This document shows, piece by piece, positions 1-5,949 of a DNA stretch of 5,949 nucleotides (position 1 is the first letter of the stretch; the number at the start of each line of letters is the position of its first letter). Source of the DNA: Octopus sinensis (Eukaryota); assembly GCF_006345805.1 (NCBI RefSeq), contig NW_021829514.1, positions 1 through 5,949 of the forward strand, written 5' to 3'. Position numbers and translations under genes: made by a program. A model generated the notes under the pieces. That model made no database searches. It saw only the letters and a program-made list of their open reading frames with translations, and was not told the origin of the DNA.

Positions 1-39
1 TACTTTATTTCGTTGTTGATTTTTTACACAATATGTGAA

Positions 40-79
40 TATATATATATCCATGCATACATACATGCATATATACATG

Positions 80-145
<66 letters not shown>

Positions 146-250
146 CATATAAATGAATATACGTATATACATACATGTATATATACACACACACTCATAC
201 ACAAATGTACACATGCACGCACACACACACACACTCACACACTCACACAC
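40..250. repeat. Compound dinucleotide microsatellite: (AC)21 at 83-124, (AT)n at 125-145, and degenerate CA/TA flanks
   Basis: Read directly from the sequence. It accounts for ORFs 5..337, 35..472 and 153..395. Confidence 0.97.
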
Positions 251-395
251 CCACACGCATATTCTGACTTCTGTCTGTTTTTTTATTTTTTTTGTAACGG
301 TGTTTTCTTTGTTTTGGAATTTGTTTCTGGTCTTCAACTTTATTCTTTATTGTTTTTTTTTATCTTCTTATTGGTATGTATATTTATTTATTTAA

Positions 396-440
<45 letters not shown>

Positions 441-465
441 TATTACTATTATTATTATTATTATT
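396..465. repeat. (TAT)n trinucleotide microsatellite with two TAC interruptions
   Basis: Read directly from the sequence. Confidence 0.97.
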
Positions 466-622
466 GTTTTAACGTCAAGAGATGCTGAAGATTCCATGCT
501 TAACGAACAATCAACGGACTTCATCACGAATGGTAAATGTCAGAGGTCGGAATAAATCTACGTAAGCATGAGGTTGGCTTTTGTCTTCATTCTGAAGTTA
601 GCTTGGCTCCGTTGGTCACGGT

Positions 623-693
623 GATGATGCTGATGATGACGATGATGATGATGATGACGATGTTGATGATGATGATGATGATGACGATGTTGC

Positions 694-758
<65 letters not shown>

Positions 759-789
759 GCGCCGATGATAGTGGTGGTGGTGGTGGTGG
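623..789. repeat. (GAT)n microsatellite at 623-757 (pure (GAT)21 at 695-757; GAC/GTT/GCT variants upstream) followed by (GGT)n at 771-789
   Basis: Read directly from the sequence. It accounts for the poly-M, poly-H, poly-I and poly-S ORFs. Confidence 0.97.
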
Positions 790-835
790 ATGTAGTGGAT
801 GGTAGTGATGGTAGCAATATTCTTTTTTTGTTGCA

Positions 836-990
836 TGTGTTGTGTATGTGTTTGTGTGTATGTGTGAGTGTGTGCGTAAGAGTGGTGTGTGTGTGTGTGT
901 GAAGATGAAATTAAGTGAGAGCGTGGAAGAGAAGAGAAAGACGTATAGAGTGAGGGAGAGACTGAGAGAAGGTATGGAGAAGAAAATGAT
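836..990. repeat. Low-complexity TG-rich tract followed by a GA-rich tract
   Basis: Degenerate (TG)n at 836-901 and a purine-rich GAGA/GAAG tract at 902-990. Confidence 0.75.
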
Positions 991-1178
991 TAGTGTTATA
1001 TCTGTGTGCATATGTGCATGTATGCGTATGTGGCATGCCTATATGTCTGAATGAATGGGAATATTAGAATGAGAGAGACAGCAGGAAAATTTGGAGCAAA
1101 GAACATGAAAATTAAAATAGATAGTTAAATATATTTAGGTATATGTTTGTGTAGATGTTTCTTTGTGTGTATGTATCT

Positions 1179-1180
<2 letters not shown>

Positions 1181-1240
<60 letters not shown>
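1181..1240. repeat. (ATCT)15 perfect tetranucleotide microsatellite (GATA type)
   Basis: 60 bp perfect repeat. Confidence 0.98.
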
Positions 1241-1241
<1 letters not shown>

Positions 1242-1269
1242 AACCCTTTTTTATATATTTATTTTTATA

Positions 1270-1318
1270 TTTATATATATATATGTGTGTGTGTATGTGC
1301 GTGTGTAAATATATATGC

Positions 1319-1372
<54 letters not shown>

Positions 1373-1487
1373 GTATTTGTATATAGATATATATGAGTTA
1401 CCTTGCATTTACTTCGCATTTTGGCTTTACCCACTATGTTTATACAATATATACATGTATATATGTGTGCGTGTGTGTGTTTGTGTG

Positions 1488-1522
<35 letters not shown>
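1270..1522. repeat. Compound (TA)n/(TG)n microsatellites at 1270-1395 and 1460-1522, including (TG)16 at 1336-1367
   Basis: Read directly from the sequence. A short unique spacer lies at about 1396-1445. Confidence 0.93.
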
Positions 1523-1525
<3 letters not shown>

Positions 1526-1796
1526 AATGGAGTTAAACGCAGGTGTTATTCAAATTCTTTTACTTCCGACACATGTTTCGAAGATATCACTGGTATTATT
1601 CCAAAGGAATAAAATCGTGTAAAACAATGTAATCTCTTCAACCTTTTTACTTGTGTGTTTTTTTGCTATCCTGATACCTATATATATTTTTTCCGTGTTA
1701 ATTGTTAACAAGGGAAAAACACATACCTCTATTTATGTATATATATATATATATAATATAATAATACTCAAAATAAGCAACAAGTATATCCGAGGT

Positions 1797-1888
1797 AATG
1801 TGGTACGATCGTTTCATGCTACTTCATTTTATTAAACACTGTAAGTATTACATCAGTTTTAAAATGTCGAGCAATCTTCAGCCACTTA
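1797..1888 (-). ncRNA. Type I hammerhead ribozyme motif (Penelope-like/retrozyme type) with a long stem II
   Basis: The minus strand reads GTGG-CTGAAGA-T-TGCT...AGCA-T-GAAA-C-GATC-GT-A/CCAC. Stem I is GTGG(1885-1882):CCAC(1803-1800). The core is CUGAAGA (1881-1875) and GAAA (1815-1812). Stem III is the palindrome ACGATCGT and the cleavage triplet is GUA. Stem II continues with CATTTTA:TAAAATG, AAAC:GTTT and TGTAA:TTACA. The one non-canonical feature is a U.U at 10.1-11.1. Confidence 0.72.
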
Positions 1889-2113
1889 TAGAATTTTTCT
1901 AGTCAAACGGACAATGCACATTCTTATTTCTATTTCGTTTGCCAACAATATAAAGAGTGTAGATATACAGAGAGAGAGGTTGATTTCATTCTTAAGAACA
2001 TGATAGTATTAAATTTACTCTCTGACAGTAGATTTTTTCACTTTGTGAGTACGTATTAATAGTGTCTGTGCGTATGTATATGTTTCTATGTATATCTGTG
2101 TACGTGGACTCAC

Positions 2114-2314
2114 CTGTCGTAGGTGTTAGATGTAACTCCACAAACTGCATAACAGATGATTCGTTTACAGTGCCTAAACTTCACTCCATCTACCAAACCG
2201 ACATAGCCTACACAGGTGCATGGTATGCGGCACCTCAGATATCGAAATGATCGCCGAGCATCGCAAGGTGAACTGTTTTACAGAGTAACACAGTAACACA
2301 ACACACCTCCTTGT
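2114..2314 (-). other. Candidate exon (strand and frame uncertain)
   Basis: A non-repetitive island of higher GC. On the minus strand there is a perfect donor CAG|GTGAGT (exon end 2114) and possible acceptors TTTGATTTCCAG| (2314) or AAAACAG| (2272). No recognisable protein. Confidence 0.25.
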
Positions 2315-2401
2315 CTGGAAATCAAAGCTCGTTTTTGCAATACCCTGACGAATATTTTTGTTGCAATACTCTCTCCTGCACTATGTAAGTATGTATATAT
2401 A

Positions 2402-2820
2402 GGCGCAGGAGTGGCTGTGTGGTAAGTAGCTTGCTAACCAACCACATGGTTCCGGGTTCGGTCCCACTGCGTGGCATCTTGGGCAAGTGTCTTCTGCTAT
2501 AGCCCCGGGCCGACCAATGCCTTGTGAGTGGATTTGGTAGACAGAAACTGAAAGAAGCCTGTCGCATATATGTGTGTATATATATATATGTATGTGTGTG
2601 TGTATGTGTTTGTGTGTCTGTGTTTGTCTCCCTAGCATTGCTTGACAACCGATGCTGGTGTGCTTACGTCCCCGTCACTTAGCGGTTCGGCATAAAGAGA
2701 CCGATAGAATAAGTACTGGGCTTACAAAGAATAAGTCCCGGGGTCGAGTTGCTCGATTAAAGGCGGTGCTCCAGCATGGCCGCAGTCAAATTACTGAAAC
2801 AAGTAAAAGAGTAAAAGAGA
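2402..2820 (+). mobile_element. tRNA-derived SINE, apparently full length (tRNA head, CORE-like segment, internal TA/TG microsatellite, 3' stem-loop, GAGTAAAA-type tail)
   Basis: A-box-like TGGCTGTGTGG at 2412-2422 and B-box-like GGTTCGGTCC at 2455-2464. CTTGGGCAAGT at about 2478-2488 resembles the start of the MIR/CORE domain. An internal microsatellite lies at about 2566-2620, a CAGT..ACTG hairpin at 2783-2796, and the tail is AAGTAAAAGAGTAAAAGAG. It resembles an abundant octopus SINE as I recall it. Confidence 0.85.
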
Positions 2821-3019
2821 GTATATGTGGATGTTAATCAACCCTGAAAATAAAACATGGAAACGATTAACGTAAAAGCAATGAAAGACAAACAAACTTG
2901 AGACTCAATCATCAGCTATGTAGACCAGGTTACAGTTGCAGTTTCGGCACTTTTAACAATTAAAATCTTCGTAATATAGAATACATTTACATAGATATAA
3001 ATATAAATATATAAATATA

Positions 3020-3225
3020 AATATGTGTGTGTGTGTGAGTGTATTACATATATCTATGTTTTTATAGTATATAATTATATATGTGTGTGTATGTGAGTGT
3101 ATGTCTGTGTGTACATAAATGTGTGTATCTGTACACACACACACACGCGCATATATATATATATGTATATATGTGTGGGGTGGGTATGTATGTACATATC
3201 TATGTCTTTATAATGTATATATATG

Positions 3226-3286
<61 letters not shown>

Positions 3287-3335
3287 AACACACCAATGTA
3301 TGTATGTATGTATGTAGGTATGTATGTATGTATAT
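3020..3335. repeat. Compound TG/TA/CA microsatellite block with a pure (AT)n at 3228-3282 and (TATG)n at about 3297-3332
   Basis: Read directly from the sequence. Confidence 0.93.
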
Positions 3336-3549
3336 CCCTTCCTGAAAATTCTTGCCACTCTCCTTGAAACATTTTTAACACATTCCAGATGAAGTTGTAA
3401 TTGAAGTATATATGTATATTTTATGATTTGTATAGTTTATGATTCTTTAAAGAGGTTGACACTGCATTCAGACGTCGCTTATTCCAAAGGATATTAAAAA
3501 ACACGGTTGTTATAGAAACGAGTAGATAAAGTCGTACGTCATTTGAATG

Positions 3550-3897
3550 ACTCTCTCTCCTTCACTCCTTTTCTTTTTCCTCCTTCATTCTCTCCCCTTT
3601 TTCTTCTATTTCTTTCGATCTCTATCTCTTTCCGTGATCTTTCTCTTTCGTTGTATCTCTCACTCACATTCTCTCATTGTCCCTTTTGTGTCCGTCTCTC
3701 CTCTTTCTTTCTGAAATCCCTTTCACCCTGATTCTCACTCTCTTTTCTCCCCCCCCAGTCTTTCTCTTTCCTCTATTTTTCCTCTCCTTCTCCTTCTGTC
3801 TTCGTTGCTCTCTTCTTTTTATGTCTCCACCACTCTCCCTCTCTTCTTTCCTCCCACCTCTGTCTGTTTCTCTCTCTTTCTCGCTCTCCTCTCTTTA
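3550..3897. repeat. Long degenerate polypyrimidine (CT/CTT-rich) low-complexity tract
   Basis: About 350 bp, predominantly C/T on the plus strand. It accounts for the F/L/S/P-rich ORFs. Confidence 0.85.
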
Positions 3898-3903
3898 TCA
3901 ATG

Positions 3904-3950
3904 AATCAATCAATCTATCTATCTATCAATCTATCTATCTAAAAAAAAAA
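3904..3950. repeat. (ATCA/ATCT)n microsatellite followed by A10
   Basis: Read directly from the sequence. Confidence 0.88.
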
Positions 3951-4253
3951 GAAATATAACATGTGACTTCATTGACCGAGGTTACCGTGGTCTTTTCCGT
4001 AGGCTTTTCTTTCCACGGGTAAACCTCACCTGTCCTCTCCTTTACACTTCATATTGACATTTCTGTGATAACGATCCCTACTGATCAATTTTTTTTCCTT
4101 TCCCTTTCCCCCCTCCTTTTTTGTCCCCCTTCTTTCCCTTTACGATCCCTTTTGATCGAAAACCAAACCCCCTTTTTTTTACTCCCAAAAGAAAAGCTCT
4201 ACCTTGTAATTTGTCCTGTCTGTGTGCAACCCTGTGTGGCTAATAAAGAAACA

Positions 4254-4281
4254 TATCTATCTATCTATCTATCTATCTATC
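4254..4281. repeat. (TATC)7 microsatellite
   Basis: Read directly from the sequence. Confidence 0.95.
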
Positions 4282-4502
4282 CATCTTTCTTGAATCGGTT
4301 TTACTTCACAATGAGAAGAGTTCGTGAAATACCATTGACCAACAGAGTTAATTCTGGAGAAATGTGTAAGATTAAATAATGAGGTGTTGAAGGAACGTAC
4401 AAAAAAAAAATGAATAATGCAGGAAGCGTCCATGAACGAACCAATAGAAAGAATAACTCGGAAAAGAAATTTTTTATAAAGGGGAAAACTAATAGTAATA
4501 TT

Positions 4503-4770
4503 TTTACATTATTTACATTATTTACATTTGACGGATATTTGTCCTCATCTTGTTTGTTGTTAACACAGCGTTTCAGCTGATATACCCTCCAGCCGTCATC
4601 AGGTTTCTTGGGGAAATTTAGAACCTGGGTTCTCATTCCTAAGGTAATTTTTTTATGTTGTTGTTGTTATTATTATTATTATTATTATTAATAAGGTCAC
4701 TACCTGGAATCGAACTCGCAATCTTGGAGTTAGTAGCCCGCGCTCTTAACCACAACGCCATATTCCCGCG
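4503..4770 (-). mobile_element. tRNA-headed SINE-like element with an internal (AAT)n(AAC)n tract, a hammerhead-like body and a 9-bp tandem tail
   Basis: The minus strand begins GCGGGAATA TGGCGTTGTGG TTAAGAGCGCGGGCTACTAACTCCAAGATTGC GAGTTCGATTCC AGGTAGTGACC. The A box is at 4760-4750 and the B box at 4717-4706, with tRNA-like spacing. The tail is three TAATGTAAA-type units at 4503-4529. Confidence 0.85.
4562..4608 (-). ncRNA. Degenerate minimal type I hammerhead motif inside the SINE
   Basis: The minus strand reads AGAAAC-CTGATGA-C-GGCTG-GAGGGTATAT-CAGCT-GAAAC-GCT/GTGTT. Both core halves and stem II are present. Stem I has one mismatch, and position 16.1 is C rather than U, so this copy is probably inactive. 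Confidence 0.6.
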
Positions 4771-4826
4771 TATATGTGGATGTAAGAAACAGGAAGAAGA
4801 GGACAGAAAGAGAGAAATAATCTAGA

Positions 4827-4832
4827 AGTAGT

Positions 4833-4910
<78 letters not shown>

Positions 4911-4920
4911 CAGCAGCAGC

Positions 4921-4952
<32 letters not shown>

Positions 4953-4959
4953 AAGAAGA
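4827..4959. repeat. (AGT)n microsatellite with AGA (4873-4875) and (AGC)4 (4909-4920) interruptions and an (AGA)3 end
   Basis: Read directly from the sequence. It accounts for the poly-L and poly-Y ORFs. Confidence 0.97.
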
Positions 4960-5044
4960 CAGGCCTTGTACATATGGTAGAAAGGGTTATTTGCATTGTC
5001 TTTGATTTGTGTTCGGCCCTTGTGGCCAATAAACAAACAATTTT

Positions 5045-5510
5045 TATTATTGTTGTTGAGCGAAAGAGCAGTGCATGCCATCAAAATGACACTGGGTACA
5101 AATATACGAAGCCCAGTATACCCATCATGAGTACCCGTCTGATAAGGTTACACAAGGTACATGCATCACAACCATAAGTACGTCACATGGTGATCTCATA
5201 TCAAGATGAACAGCGCATGACCTTGCAGGTGGGGGCCCAGTTAGAATTTTCTTCAGGTCGAGTAGCCCATCCCATTCAAAAGGTCCCTGAATAAGGTTTG
5301 TTTTAAGGATGATAAATAAAACACCCATGTTTCCAGCTCCAAATAATCCCTCTCAACACATGGCTATGATGCTCCCGATCTACTTCTGCTCCTGATTAGA
5401 GGTGGCCATATCGCCAGCCACTAAGGGACACGCTCAACTAGTTATGATCAAACCACTGACAAGCAAATCTGTGGTTTTGGGCATAATATTTGCTATAGCC
5501 CATCTATTTT
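5045..5510 (-). mobile_element. Probable interspersed repeat, possibly a LINE 3' region ending in an AAC/AAT tail
   Basis: A complex block bounded by microsatellites. The minus strand ends ...GCACTGCTCTTTCGCTC-AACAACAATAATAA. It resembles a high-copy octopus repeat from memory (unverified). No convincing RT or endonuclease motifs in its ORFs. Confidence 0.45.
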
Positions 5511-5521
5511 CATTATTATCA

Positions 5522-5526
5522 TTCTT

Positions 5527-5557
<31 letters not shown>

Positions 5558-5572
5558 TTATTCTTATTATTA

Positions 5573-5617
<45 letters not shown>

Positions 5618-5650
5618 CATCATTATTATTATCATTATTATGATCATCAC

Positions 5651-5712
<62 letters not shown>
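5522..5712. repeat. Compound trinucleotide microsatellite: (TTC)11, then (TTA)n, then (ATC)n
   Basis: (TTC)11 at 5522-5554, TTA at about 5555-5640, ATC at about 5643-5712. Confidence 0.97.
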
Positions 5713-5728
5713 CTATTTTTATTATTTA

Positions 5729-5945
5729 GGCGGCGAGTTGGCAGTATCGTGACCAAGCATTTCGAATTGCTTAGCTGTATTTCGCCCGTCGCTACCTTCT
5801 GAGTTCAAATTACGCCGAGGGCGACTTTGCCTTTCACCCTTTCGGGGGTCGATAAATTAAGTACCAGTGAAATACTGAGGTCGATGTAGTCGACTAGTCC
5901 CCTCCACGCAAATTTCAAGCCTTGGGCCTGCAACAGAAAGGATTT
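5729..5945 (+). mobile_element. tRNA-derived SINE with a conserved-looking central domain (possibly Meta-type)
   Basis: A-box-like TGGCAGTATCG at 5739-5749 and B-box-like GAGTTCAAATT at 5801-5811. The central segment is GACTTTGCCTTTCACCCTTTCGGGGGTCGATAAATTAAGTACCAG (5823-5867), and the element ends AGAAAGGATTTTT at the window edge. The domain assignment is from memory and tentative. Confidence 0.8.
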
Positions 5946-5949
5946 TTTT

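Noticed and set aside
485-510. CTGAAGA at 485 (and CTGACGA at 2345)
   Set aside because: No paired stem II followed by GAAA, so these are isolated half-cores.
602-805. Poly-Asp/Gly frame (LGSVGHGDDADD...GADDSGGGGGGCSGW*) after TTAG at 601
   Set aside because: It is almost entirely a (GAT)n/(GGT)n microsatellite, and variant triplets are common in such arrays.
1402-1433. Minus-strand micro-exon candidates (AAG|GTAACT at 1402; CAG|GTGAGG near 4030)
   Set aside because: The acceptors are weak, the frames are very short, and such motifs are expected by chance.
2284-2369. Short repeats AGTAACAC x2 (2284-2299) and TTGCAATAC x2 (2335-2343, 2361-2369)
   Set aside because: Too short and too few for a CRISPR array or satellite. 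Likely local slippage.
2393-2826. GTATAT on both sides of the SINE as a target-site duplication
   Set aside because: It is not flush with the element ends and lies in TA-rich low-complexity sequence.
2895-2975. Minus-strand GAAAC...GTA followed by CTGATGA, plus a small TTTTAA-CAA-TTAAAA hairpin
   Set aside because: No type I, II or III arrangement gives paired stems I and II.
3448-3530. Weak resemblance to the 1568-1648 relic (AGGTTGA...CATT...TTATTCCNNNGGA...GAAAC GA GTA)
   Set aside because: There is no CUGANGA core and no stem I or II pairing. The short matches could be chance in AT-rich DNA.
4695-4770. Possible tRNA gene on the minus strand
   Set aside because: The acceptor stem does not pair well and the sequence runs straight into a repeat body, so it is a SINE head.
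5-5756. Supplied ORFs with poly-H, -M, -S, -L, -Y, -D, YI, CV and HT runs
   Set aside because: They are translations of microsatellites, which lack stops in several frames, and show no protein-like complexity.

Overview
Eukaryotic, AT-rich non-coding DNA, most likely cephalopod/Octopus. That assignment is an inference from the extreme microsatellite density and from SINE sequences I recall from octopus genomes; it is not verified. None of the supplied ORFs looks like a real protein: nearly all are translations of simple repeats. The window holds many simple and compound microsatellites, three different tRNA-headed SINEs (2402-2820 +, 4503-4770 -, 5729-5945 +) and a probable further interspersed repeat (5045-5510). 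The most interesting signals are hammerhead ribozyme motifs on the minus strand. A type I hammerhead at 1797-1888 has an intact catalytic core, a palindromic stem III and a long irregular stem II. A degenerate minimal hammerhead lies inside the tRNA-headed SINE at 4562-4608. A weaker relic at 1568-1641 sits in tandem with the first. A non-repetitive island at 2114-2314 may be an exon.
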